Shown here: positions 35,638 to 44,436 of the stretch, in pieces
Layout of the letters: each line of letters opens with the position of its first letter
Numbering within the stretch: position 1 is the stretch's first letter
Origin: Candidatus Binatia bacterium
GTDB taxonomy: Bacteria; Desulfobacterota; Binatia; UBA1149
Assembly: GCA_046754245.1 (NCBI GenBank)
Contig: JBHHVL010000002.1
Span: 21,540 to 85,539 of the forward strand
Direction: 5' to 3'
Length of the DNA: 64,000 nucleotides
Position numbers and translations under genes: made by a program
The notes under the pieces: model-generated
Databases searched by the model: none
The model's input: the letters and a program-made list of their open reading frames with translations, nothing else
What the model was told of the DNA's origin: nothing

Positions 35638-36753
35638 ATGGATAGATTCGATCCTATTCTTGCGACACCGTGGCCAAGTGTCAAGGCGGTGGCCGCGGGC
35701 AGGCGGGCGCAGGCACCCCCTTGTGGGCTTCGATCATGGCTGGTATTGAGAGCTGCAGTGGCCGAGGGGGAACCAGAATCGCGACGCGGGGGCGCCTTCG
35801 CGTGGAGGGGGTGGTCCGGCGTTCTCAAGATTTCGGTTTCGGTCTTGGCTGGATGGCTGCTCTGGATACAGGTCGAGGATCCCGCTGAGCTGCTCGAAGC
35901 GCTGCTACGTGTGGAACCGGCGATCGTGGGGTTCGCCGTATTGCTCTACCTGGTCGGTCAGGTCCTGACGGCCTACCGCTGGCAGGTTATCGCCGCCAAG
36001 GTCGGTTTTTCCAGTTCCTTTTCCGAGATCACCCGCTTCTACTTCATAGGCATGTTCTTCAATCTTTTCGGGCCGAGCACGCTGGGCGGCGACGTGGTAC
36101 GTTCCCTCTACCTCGGGCGAACCGATGGCCGGCGGGCGGTTGCGCTGAACACGGTGATCTTTGACCGGCTCTCCGGCTTGGGCATGCTCGTTGTCGTTGC
36201 GGTCGTGGCCATGCTGTTCTTCGGTAGCTTCAACTTGCCGGCGTGGGTGGTTTACCTGAGCTGGTCTCTGGGAATCTTGATGGTGGCGGGATGGTGGCTC
36301 GTTCCGGCCGTCACGCGGTTCACGCTCGCCGATGGCAACCGGGTGAGGACACTGGTGGAAGAGGAACTCGCCCCGTTTTGGTACGACGCCGCCTTGCTGT
36401 TCAAGGCCGCCTGGGTGTCGGTCGGATTCCACGTCCTGCAGATACTGACCTTGGTGCTACTCGGTAGCGCGCTCGGGCTCGAGCTCCCGTGGCAGTACTA
36501 CTTCGTCTTTCACCCTCTCGTGACGATCTTCTCGGCGTTGCCGATCAGCGTCGCCGGTCTTGGCATCCGCGAGATGGGCTACCTCTGGTTTCTGGCCCGT
36601 TCTCAGGTACCGAGCGAGCTGTCGGTCGCCTTCGGGCTTCTCTGGTTGACGGTGCTGCTCGCGTCGTCAGCGGCCGGTGGACTGGTATTCCTCTGGGATG
36701 ATTCGGGACTACCGTCTCTTCGTGGGCGCGAGGGCTTCCACGGCAGCGGCTGA
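35638..36753 (+). CDS. Flippase-like / LPG-synthase TM-region (UPF0104) membrane protein, second copy
   Basis: Polytopic, with the family-like segment FYFIGMFFNLFGPSTLGGDVVRSLYLG. The start is uncertain: ATG 35638 lies 23 nt from the divergent DsbA start, and in-frame TTG 35746 and GTG 35758 are alternatives. Confidence 0.65.
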   Translation: MDRFDPILATPWPSVKAVAAGRRAQAPPCGLRSWLVLRAAVAEGEPESRRGGAFAWRGWSGVLKISVSVLAGWLLWIQVEDPAELLEALLRVEPAIVGFAVLLYLVGQVLTAYRWQVIAAKVGFSSSFSEITRFYFIGMFFNLFGPSTLGGDVVRSLYLGRTDGRRAVALNTVIFDRLSGLGMLVVVAVVAMLFFGSFNLPAWVVYLSWSLGILMVAGWWLVPAVTRFTLADGNRVRTLVEEELAPFWYDAALLFKAAWVSVGFHVLQILTLVLLGSALGLELPWQYYFVFHPLVTIFSALPISVAGLGIREMGYLWFLARSQVPSELSVAFGLLWLTVLLASSAAGGLVFLWDDSGLPSLRGREGFHGSG

Positions 36754-36763
36754 GCCGGCGCCG

Positions 36764-38788
36764 TCAGTCGCTCGCGCGGGTCCACGCGCCGGCTTCGTCG
36801 TAAGTCACGCCGAACTGATCCTTCATCAGCTTGCGGAGTTCCGATTCGGATTTTTCTCTTGCCGGCTTGAGGAAATCGGGGTGCTCCGAAACGTACCAGT
36901 TGATGTCCTGGACCAGGTCGTCACCGTGCATCGTGTTTACGACGAAGACGGGGAGGTCAGCCAGGAGGTGTTCGTAGATGTGCACCATCCGTTCGAGCCG
37001 ATCGAGCACGATGGCCCCCAGGGCCTCGTCGCCGTTCATGAGGGCCGCCACATCACCGCGTTTCGCCGCTTCGTAGGCCTCTAGCAGCCGGTCTCCGACC
37101 ACTCCCCGGCTGATGAGCAGGCCGGAAAGATCCGTGTAGTCGCTGTAGAAGGGTTGGTCTGAGCCGAGCGGTCCGCGTCCACGGAGAATGAATTCCATCG
37201 CTTCGGCGGGTTTCACACGGCGCACGGCGAAGTCGAGTTCTTCGTCGTGCTCGAGAAGTATCAGCGCGGAAACGGGATGAACGTCCCTGTCGCAGTAGAA
37301 GTTATCCCAATCGGGGTCATAAAATATTCTTTCGTGGGGATAGTCGTGTGTGCACTGACCGAGTACACCGGCGTTCGCGGAGGCGCCGTAGTCGGCGGTG
37401 GCGTTTTCGACGAAAGGCTCGTTCTCTGCGAGGATCAGGTCACGGCTGGCGAGACCGCGACTGCGAAGGTAGAAAAACCTTTCGGCGGGCCACATGTCCC
37501 AGGCCCCCTCGCCGGCAGGCACGAGGTTGAGCCAGTCGTCCTGGCCTATGAAGCCAACCCCTTTCATGATCTCTGCGGCGTCTTTTCCTTCTTTCGCATA
37601 GCGCCGGGCGAGTTCTTTGCGGCGGCCAGGACTGTTTCTCTCCGACCAAGCCGTAGCCGCCCGCGTTTTGCCCGAAGCTTCCCCGCCGATGAAGATCGTC
37701 GAGGTGCCCTCGCTGTTGAGTATGGCGCTCGAAGCGTGCGCGCAGATGACGTCGGCCATCGACATCACGGCTGCGGTCGAGGAGTGGAGACCACGGGCCT
37801 TGATCTCTCCGTGAAAGTCGGTGTTGATGGTGACGACGAAGATCGTGTCTCCGAGTTCGTCAAGCTTGCAGGCGTTGATGAAGCACGAGGGCACCACCGA
37901 CTTCGACGAACTGTCGAAGAACTGGGAATCACGCAGGCGGCTGGGTAAACCGAGCGACATGGGGTTCGTTTTTTTCTTCTTGAGTTGGTTGACGAATTCC
38001 TTGTACGCCCTTTCGTTGGGAGGGATACCGACCACGGATATCACCCGGACCATCGGCAGGGGCCGTTCGAGAACCTCGAAGCGGTCGTCAAGAACCTTCG
38101 CGAGTTCGAGGTTGAGCGGGTCGTTCATCTGGAAGAAATTTACCTGCGTCGTCTTGTAGAGCTGGGGTATGTTGCCCCTGTGCTCGGCCTGAATCCCCCC
38201 GCTGTAGAAACGGGCACGCAGGGTTTTCCCACCGCTCAGCACGTTCATGGCTTCGAGCCAGGCGCGGGCTTCCTTCACGTCGCGATCGTGAGCCTTCTTG
38301 TCGATGCGGGCTACTATCCGATCGCTCAGTGTTGACTGGATCGTGTTGTAGGAGTTGAGCACCGGTCCGATGGTTGCGTCCTCTGCCGCCGCCGCGTCCA
38401 GCCGGAGGACGACGTCGCCGCGATCGTTAATCCCGAGTTCGTGTATCCCCGGATTGTGCCGGAGGTAGAGGCCGTCGAGCCAGACGAGTCTCCCTATCTG
38501 GGTCTTTGCGATTCCCGACAGGTTAGCAGCGCCCGGCGACATCTCGGTAAGTTCCGATGGGATGACGTAGGAGGCGGTCTGCTTGGTCATGTCGGAGTTG
38601 TAAACCCTGACCCGTCGCCCGAGTTCGGCTACTGTTATGCCCGCGTCCCGTATTCGATCGAGGTCCAGCGCGCTTTCTTCGGCCATGAGCAGGCGACCGT
38701 CCGGGTCACGCGCGAGTTTGCGAGACGAGACTGCCTTTGGCTTCAGGAACTGTTCTATTCTTGTCGAGGGTGGGTTTTCGGTTGCCAT
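36764..38788 (-). CDS. Hypothetical 674-aa protein with a PEP-carboxykinase/HPr-kinase-like P-loop C-terminal region
   Basis: ATG at 38788. IFIGGEASGKT (P-loop), GFIGQDDW and FVENATADYG resemble the PEPCK-type kinase core. The N-terminal ~380 aa is unassigned. Confidence 0.4.
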   Translation of the reverse strand: MATENPPSTRIEQFLKPKAVSSRKLARDPDGRLLMAEESALDLDRIRDAGITVAELGRRVRVYNSDMTKQTASYVIPSELTEMSPGAANLSGIAKTQIGRLVWLDGLYLRHNPGIHELGINDRGDVVLRLDAAAAEDATIGPVLNSYNTIQSTLSDRIVARIDKKAHDRDVKEARAWLEAMNVLSGGKTLRARFYSGGIQAEHRGNIPQLYKTTQVNFFQMNDPLNLELAKVLDDRFEVLERPLPMVRVISVVGIPPNERAYKEFVNQLKKKKTNPMSLGLPSRLRDSQFFDSSSKSVVPSCFINACKLDELGDTIFVVTINTDFHGEIKARGLHSSTAAVMSMADVICAHASSAILNSEGTSTIFIGGEASGKTRAATAWSERNSPGRRKELARRYAKEGKDAAEIMKGVGFIGQDDWLNLVPAGEGAWDMWPAERFFYLRSRGLASRDLILAENEPFVENATADYGASANAGVLGQCTHDYPHERIFYDPDWDNFYCDRDVHPVSALILLEHDEELDFAVRRVKPAEAMEFILRGRGPLGSDQPFYSDYTDLSGLLISRGVVGDRLLEAYEAAKRGDVAALMNGDEALGAIVLDRLERMVHIYEHLLADLPVFVVNTMHGDDLVQDINWYVSEHPDFLKPAREKSESELRKLMKDQFGVTYDEAGAWTRASD

Positions 38789-38836
38789 GGGAACGCCTTT
38801 GGAAAGGAGTCGAATGATAATAAACTGCTGGTTTAT

Positions 38837-39829
38837 ATGGGAACCTCTCGCGGGCGTCAAAACAAGCACACCGCCACGGCGGTCACCAGCAAGGGACCTG
38901 CGCGAATCCTCGTCGCGGGCGCCGGTGCGGTGGGATCGGTTTTTGGATGCTTGCTGGCCGAAGCCGGCGAGGACGTTACGCTGTTTGGGCGGCCTCGCCT
39001 GATGGAGGCCGTCGCGGCGCGCGGGCTGCGAGTCGAGGGGATCTGGGGCCAACACGGCTCTTCGGCACTTGCGGTGGCGGTGACCGCCGAGGAGCTGCGG
39101 CCGCCTTACGACGCGGTACTCATTTGCTGCAAGGCGTATCAAACCGCCGGCATCCTCGAAGACCTGGGCGACTGTGCTTCGCCGACAGGGCTAGCCATTT
39201 CCTTGCAGAACGGGCTCGGAAACTTCGAACAGCTCCAGTCCGTGTACGGTCGCGACAGGGTCATGCTGGGCCGCGTGATTTTTGGAGCCCAGCTGCTAGA
39301 TCCTGGCCGTGTGAAGGTAACCGTAGAGGCCGAGCCGGTGCTTATCGGGGCTCCCCGGGAAGGCGCTGGCGAGCAAGCGCTGCGATGGGCGTCGGTTTTC
39401 GATAGGGCGGGTATTCATTGCCGTGCAACCGACTCGATAATGGGGAGCATCTGGGCCAAGGTCTTTTACAACGCGGCTCTGAATCCGTTGGGAGCGCTGC
39501 TCGGCTTGAATTACGGTGAGCTGGCCGACGACCCCTGTCTCAGGATCTGCATGGTGGAGATCATCGAGGAGGCCTGGGACGTCGCGGTCGCCGAGGGAGT
39601 AGAACTCGAGTGGGACAGCTCGGACCGCTACGTCGAGCATTTCTTTTCCCGCCTCGTTCCCAGTACGGCCGGCCACCGGTCGTCCATGCTGCAGGACATG
39701 GAGAGGAACCGCCCCACCGAGATCGAGGCCATCTGTGGAGAGATTTGTCGCCGCGGCGACGCGCACGGCCTCGGTGTTTCTGCCAACAGGTTGTTGCTGG
39801 GGCTGGTAAGAGCGCGCTCTGGCAAATAA
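38837..39829 (+). CDS. panE: 2-dehydropantoate 2-reductase (ketopantoate reductase)
   Basis: Rossmann motif ILVAGAGAVGSVFG and C-terminal motif SSMLQDMERNRPTEIEAICG. Confidence 0.8.
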   Translation: MGTSRGRQNKHTATAVTSKGPARILVAGAGAVGSVFGCLLAEAGEDVTLFGRPRLMEAVAARGLRVEGIWGQHGSSALAVAVTAEELRPPYDAVLICCKAYQTAGILEDLGDCASPTGLAISLQNGLGNFEQLQSVYGRDRVMLGRVIFGAQLLDPGRVKVTVEAEPVLIGAPREGAGEQALRWASVFDRAGIHCRATDSIMGSIWAKVFYNAALNPLGALLGLNYGELADDPCLRICMVEIIEEAWDVAVAEGVELEWDSSDRYVEHFFSRLVPSTAGHRSSMLQDMERNRPTEIEAICGEICRRGDAHGLGVSANRLLLGLVRARSGK

Positions 39830-39849
39830 TCTCAGAGGGGGTACGGGGA

Positions 39850-40311
39850 GTGAAAGTCATCCTGGAGCAGTCGGCGGTAGATAGCATCAAGGCCCACGCC
39901 GGCGAGTGTTACCCCGACGAATGCTGCGGATTGGTGATTCGCGGTGACGACGGGACCATCGAGGCGGTTGCGATACGCAACGTACAAGACGAAATGCACG
40001 AACAGGACCCGAAGCGCTACCCTCGTACGGCGCGAACGGCTTATGTCGCCGAGCCAGGGGAGCTGCGACGGGCGCTGGAGCGTGGCGAAGCCCCGGGAAA
40101 GAAAGTCGTGGCGTTCTACCATTCGCACCCGGACCACGACGCGTATTTTTCAGACGAGGACCTGGCTCAGGCTACGCCTTTCGGTGAGCCCTCATACCCA
40201 GAGGCGCTTCAGATCGTAGTATCGATACGTGACGGCGTGTGCGAGGACTTCAAGGTTTTCGCGTGGTCACAGGCCGACGCTGCCTACAGAGAGGCGGATC
40301 TGGAGGACTGA
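39850..40311 (+). CDS. JAMM/MPN+ metalloprotease (Mov34 family)
   Basis: JAMM motif HSHPDHDAYFSDED plus the upstream ECCGLV glutamate. GTG start preceded by GAGGGGG. Confidence 0.8.
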   Translation: MKVILEQSAVDSIKAHAGECYPDECCGLVIRGDDGTIEAVAIRNVQDEMHEQDPKRYPRTARTAYVAEPGELRRALERGEAPGKKVVAFYHSHPDHDAYFSDEDLAQATPFGEPSYPEALQIVVSIRDGVCEDFKVFAWSQADAAYREADLED

Positions 40312-40405
40312 TCGCTTCGGATCGTCATCCTTGCCTTGGGGCTCGTTCCCGTGTTAGTTGCGCGTTACCGTTGTTTCGTTTCGCTGAGACGGTTGGGGTG
40401 AGAAC

Positions 40406-40942
40406 ATGAAAAAGCGTTTTGTCGGGCCTGGGCGCGGCCGCTGGGTCGCTCCCTTGGCGATATTGGTTCTGGGAATAGCGGCCAACGCGCAGGCTGGTCG
40501 GGTCGATTTCGAGCTGGGAGGCGGGGTCTTTACAGGCGTCGAGGACGACAACCCGCTAGATTCGGGCTGGTTTGGTGACGTTGGTGCGACCCTCGAGCTC
40601 AGCGATCGCGTGGATCTCGAAATCGCTTTCAGTCGGGTCGAGACACGGGAGACCTCTTCAGATGCCTTCCAGAGCGCGGAACTCTACACCGGGGGTTTGA
40701 GACTCTACTCGAACGCCAAGACCGATTCGATTACCAGGGTGTTCTTGGTAGCGGGCGGGGGTTACGCCAGCGGTCTGGCGCCTGGCGAGTCGACCGAAGT
40801 CATCTATTTCGGACCGGGATTCAGGCTGCGAGCCGGGGAGAGCAGCGGCGCGGTCATCAAGGTTCCTCTGCTGTTCGACGCGGGGGGGAGCCCATCCAAG
40901 GTATCCCTTTATCCGACCCTTAACTTTTTCGTCAGCTTCTAG
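40406..40942 (+). CDS. Small outer-membrane beta-barrel protein
   Basis: Signal peptide (VAPLAILVLGIAANAQA), alternating beta-strand pattern, and a C-terminal aromatic residue (NFFVSF). Confidence 0.6.
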   Translation: MKKRFVGPGRGRWVAPLAILVLGIAANAQAGRVDFELGGGVFTGVEDDNPLDSGWFGDVGATLELSDRVDLEIAFSRVETRETSSDAFQSAELYTGGLRLYSNAKTDSITRVFLVAGGGYASGLAPGESTEVIYFGPGFRLRAGESSGAVIKVPLLFDAGGSPSKVSLYPTLNFFVSF

Positions 40943-41011
40943 ACTCTGCTTCGCTGCGGTATCCCGGGCGGCTGGTCACGCGCGCCGGGATACCGTTGCT
41001 GACATCGTCCC

Positions 41012-41764
41012 GTGCTTGTCCGCGCTAACGAGCTGAATCTGTCGTGTACCCTCAGCGGCCCCGAGGACGGCCTCGCGGTTGTATTCGTTCACGGTCTCGC
41101 GGCGTCGTCGTCGGTGTGGGACGAACAGGCGCGGCGTTTCGAGGTTCGCCACAGGGTGGTGCGGTTCGACCTGAGGTCACACGGTGGCTCCGACGTGGTC
41201 GTGACACCGTGCACCAGGAGCGACCTGGTCGCGGACCTCGTCGGCCTGCTTGACGGACTCAACGTGGAGAGCGCCGTGGTGGTCGGGCATTCTGCGGGTG
41301 GGGTGGTGGCGATGCAGACCGCCATCGAAGCTCCGGGGCGAGTGGCGGGTCTGGTGCTCGTGGGCACCGCCAGCGAGTGCAACGACAAGACCGCCGCGTG
41401 GTACCGGCGTACCGCCGAACAGGCGGAGCGCGAGGGCGGTGAGACCGCCATGAAGGCCATGGGGATAAAGCCAGGGTCGGGCGCCGTACCGGACGGCCCG
41501 GGTCTGGCGCAACTCGCTCGGGCCATGGCGACCCTCAACCAGGAGCCCCTCACCGAACGACTCCGTGAAGTGACCGCTCCAGCGTTGATCATCGTAGGGG
41601 AGAACGACTTCCTCGGCGTCGGGGGTTCTGTGATAGTGAGTCGCGCGATACCGCAGAGCCAGTTCGAGATCGTCCCTGGCCGCGGGCACGGGATATACGT
41701 GGAAGATCCCGACTGGTTCGCTGGCCGGGTGCTCGACTTCCTCGCCGTCATAGAGGGGCGCTAG
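41012..41764 (+). CDS. Alpha/beta hydrolase
   Basis: VVFVHGL oxyanion region and nucleophile elbow VVGHSAGG. C-terminal GHGIYVEDP. Confidence 0.8.
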   Translation: MLVRANELNLSCTLSGPEDGLAVVFVHGLAASSSVWDEQARRFEVRHRVVRFDLRSHGGSDVVVTPCTRSDLVADLVGLLDGLNVESAVVVGHSAGGVVAMQTAIEAPGRVAGLVLVGTASECNDKTAAWYRRTAEQAEREGGETAMKAMGIKPGSGAVPDGPGLAQLARAMATLNQEPLTERLREVTAPALIIVGENDFLGVGGSVIVSRAIPQSQFEIVPGRGHGIYVEDPDWFAGRVLDFLAVIEGR

Positions 41765-41784
41765 CCGGGGCCGACGCCCCTGGT

Positions 41785-43146
41785 CTACGCCACCTCGCGT
41801 CCTTTGAGCGTGTGCGGTCCCGCCGCTTCAACGAGGACCCGCACGGTGTCGCCTCGTGAGGCGCGCAGCGGATCGAAGACGACGGTCTTGTATTGGGGGT
41901 TCTTGCCCGCCAGCCAGCCGGTCTGCTTTTTTGCCGCCGATTCGACGAGGACCTCGGTGACGCTACCGATCAGGCCTCGGTTGATGCGGCTGGCGCGATC
42001 TTCCTGTTCGTCGATGAGCCGCTGGAGACGCCGGCCTTTCTCTTCCTCCTCGACGGTTTCTCGGATCCGCGACGCACGAGTGCCTTCGCGCGACGAATAC
42101 TTGAAAAGGAAGGCGTGATCGAAGCCAACTTCTTCCATCAAAGACGAAGTCGCTTCGAAATCCTCTAGGGTCTCACCGGGATAGCCAACCATGACGTCGG
42201 TAGACAGCGCCAGCTCGGGCACCGCGTCCCTGAGTCGTCCGACCAAGCCCAGGTACTGTGTGCGGTCATGACCACGGTCCATGGCCGCGAGGATTCGATC
42301 GGAACCGGATTGGACAGGGAGATGGAGATAGGGCGCGATCTCGCGGCATTCGGCCATCGCATCGATCGCCGAGTCGGTCATGTCGGCCGGGTGTGGAGAC
42401 GTGAAACGCACGCGTTCTATGCCGTCGACCCCGGCGCAGCGACGCAGCAGATCTCCGAAATCCGCGTCGCCGTCACGATACGAATTCACCGTCTGCCCCA
42501 GCAACACTACCTCCTTGAAACCTTGCTCGGCGACGCTTCGGACTTCGTCGACGACGACCGCCGCCGGGATGCTCTTCTCGCGGCCGCGCACGTAGGGAAC
42601 GACGCAGAACCGACAGAAGCGGTTGCAGCCCCGCATGATCGTAATCCAGGCCCGCACGCCCTCACTCCGCTGCGGGGCGATCCCGGTATAGGTCTCGTCG
42701 CGATCCAGCCGGAGGTCGGCCACTGGTTCCTCGGCTTCGATGAGACTTCCGAGGCGACGATATCCGTCGGGGCCAACGACGAAATCCAGACCAGGGGTTT
42801 CTTCGAGCAATCTCTCACGGTAGTGCTGCGCCATGCAGCCGGCCAGGCCGATACGCACCCGCCTGCCCCGGTTCAAGGCGATGAGCTGGCGTATTCTCCG
42901 GGTAACGCGTTCCTCCGCGTGTTCCCGTATCGCGCAGGTATTGAGCAGGATGACGCTCGCGTCTTCGGGGCTGGGGCTGCGCACGTAGCCCTGCGCGGCG
43001 AGCACGCCAGCGATGAGCTCACTATCCGCGAGATTCATCTGGCAGCCATACGTTTCTATGTAATAGGCCTTCTCGGCGACTATCGCCGCCTGTCTCGCTA
43101 GGCCATCAGACCTGATCATCGAGCCTTTATAGCCTGTAGTACTCAA
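41785..43146 (-). CDS. miaB: tRNA-2-methylthio-N6-dimethylallyladenosine synthase (radical SAM methylthiotransferase)
   Basis: UPF0004 domain YIETYGCQMNLADSE, radical SAM motif CNRFCRFC, and a C-terminal TRAM domain. Confidence 0.9.
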   Translation of the reverse strand: MSTTGYKGSMIRSDGLARQAAIVAEKAYYIETYGCQMNLADSELIAGVLAAQGYVRSPSPEDASVILLNTCAIREHAEERVTRRIRQLIALNRGRRVRIGLAGCMAQHYRERLLEETPGLDFVVGPDGYRRLGSLIEAEEPVADLRLDRDETYTGIAPQRSEGVRAWITIMRGCNRFCRFCVVPYVRGREKSIPAAVVVDEVRSVAEQGFKEVVLLGQTVNSYRDGDADFGDLLRRCAGVDGIERVRFTSPHPADMTDSAIDAMAECREIAPYLHLPVQSGSDRILAAMDRGHDRTQYLGLVGRLRDAVPELALSTDVMVGYPGETLEDFEATSSLMEEVGFDHAFLFKYSSREGTRASRIRETVEEEEKGRRLQRLIDEQEDRASRINRGLIGSVTEVLVESAAKKQTGWLAGKNPQYKTVVFDPLRASRGDTVRVLVEAAGPHTLKGREVA

Positions 43147-43185
43147 CGCTCAAAGCCGCGTCGCCGAAGATCGGTTTGGCCCCGT

Positions 43186-43731
43186 ATGGCAGATATGAGA
43201 AAAACACCTCGCATGGGAGTGCACGAGCATAGACGGCGAGCTGCCGATGAGGTGCGCTGTGCGATCGTTACCGTTTCTGACACCCGAAGCCGCGACAGCG
43301 ACGGTTCTGGCCAGCTACTCGAACTGCTGCTCTCCGAGGCCGGCTACCTCGTGGACAGTCGCGAAATCGTCCTCGATGACCCTGCCGAAGTTCAGCGTCT
43401 GCTCCGGCGCTTGTGTGCCGACCGAAGAATCGACGCGGTGGTAATCAACGGGGGAACCGGCGTCTCGCCAAGAGACGGCACCTTCGAGGCGGTCTCGGAG
43501 TTGCTCGACAAGACCATGGACGGCTTCGGCGAGTTGTTCCGCATGCTGAGTTTCGACGTCATCGGCCCGGCAGCGATGATTTCGAGAGCTACCGGTGGTT
43601 TGATAGGGGACGTGGTCGTGTTCTCGCTTCCGGGTTCTACGGAGGCCTGCCGGCTTGCGGCGCAACGCCTTATAGTTCCGGAGCTCGGCCACGTGGTGGC
43701 CATGGCCAGGCCCTGGCGGGCTAGATCCTGA
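43186..43731 (+). CDS. moaB: Molybdenum cofactor biosynthesis protein B (MoaB/Mog family)
   Basis: AIVTVSDTRS ... INGGTGVSPRD ... FSLPGS motifs. Confidence 0.85.
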   Translation: MADMRKTPRMGVHEHRRRAADEVRCAIVTVSDTRSRDSDGSGQLLELLLSEAGYLVDSREIVLDDPAEVQRLLRRLCADRRIDAVVINGGTGVSPRDGTFEAVSELLDKTMDGFGELFRMLSFDVIGPAAMISRATGGLIGDVVVFSLPGSTEACRLAAQRLIVPELGHVVAMARPWRARS

Positions 43732-44006
43732 TGTCGGAGATCCGGGTCGAGGTGCTGTTTTTCGGCATCCTGCGATACAAGCTGCGACTGACGCGGCAGG
43801 AAGTCCGGCTGGCAGAGGGCGCGACGGTGGGAGACCTCATGGCCGAGCTCGGTCGCCGTTACCAGTTCGAGGAACTCGGCGCCGGAATCCTCAGGGTCGC
43901 GGTCAATCGCGAATACGTTGACTCAACTGCCGTGCTTACCAACAATGCCGAGGTCGCTATCATTCCTCCGGTGAGCGGCGGATGCGGTGTTCGTAATCTC
44001 AGATAA
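43731..44006 (+). CDS. moaD: Molybdopterin synthase sulfur-carrier subunit MoaD with a 7-aa extension after Gly-Gly
   Basis: ThiS/MoaD fold ending IIPPVSGG, followed by CGVRNLR before the TAA. Overlaps moaE by 20 nt. Confidence 0.8.
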   Translation: MSEIRVEVLFFGILRYKLRLTRQEVRLAEGATVGDLMAELGRRYQFEELGAGILRVAVNREYVDSTAVLTNNAEVAIIPPVSGGCGVRNLR

Positions 44007-44436
44007 ACCCATATCCCTCGACGCCGTCGTCGCTGCGGTCGCGAGTTCACAAGCCGGCGCGATTACCGTGTTCGCCGGTACGACGCGCGATAACAGCCGT
44101 GGCCGGCGCGTGCTGCGTCTGGAGTATGAGGCCTACGGCGAGATGGCCACGGTGGAGTTCGAAAAGATCGGCGCAGAAATAAAAGAACGGTGGAACATAA
44201 CGGACGTCGCCATCGTACACCGCACGGGAACCGTCGAAATCGGTGAATCGAGCGTGGTCATTGCCGTTTCTGCGCCGCACCGGCGTGATTCGATAGAGGC
44301 CTGCCACTTCGCGATAGACAGGTTGAAGACCGTCGCGCCGATCTGGAAGAAAGAATACTTCGAGGGAGGGGAGGTGTGGGTAGGATCGCTCGCGGACTGC
44401 GAGCACGGTGACGAGAACGATGTCGAATCGGGCTAG
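43987..44436 (+). CDS. moaE: Molybdopterin synthase catalytic subunit MoaE
   Basis: GAITVFAGTTRD ... HRTGTVEIGESSVVIAVSAPHR ... APIWKKE. GTG start. Confidence 0.85.
   Translation: MFVISDKPISLDAVVAAVASSQAGAITVFAGTTRDNSRGRRVLRLEYEAYGEMATVEFEKIGAEIKERWNITDVAIVHRTGTVEIGESSVVIAVSAPHRRDSIEACHFAIDRLKTVAPIWKKEYFEGGEVWVGSLADCEHGDENDVESG

Noticed and set aside
38814-39002. 62-codon ORF (ATG 38814) with a strong AGGAG 4 nt upstream, overlapping the panE 5' end out of frame
   Set aside because: The product (MIINCWFIWEPLAGV...RRSPARDL...) looks like a frame-shifted shadow of panE. The Rossmann motif is in the panE frame. It could still be a leader peptide, but I have no support for that.
38789-39142. 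N-terminal 118 codons of ORF 36764..39142
   Set aside because: They are Arg-rich, overlap panE on the opposite strand, and have no coding-like sequence. ATG 38788 (MATENPP...) was chosen as the start.
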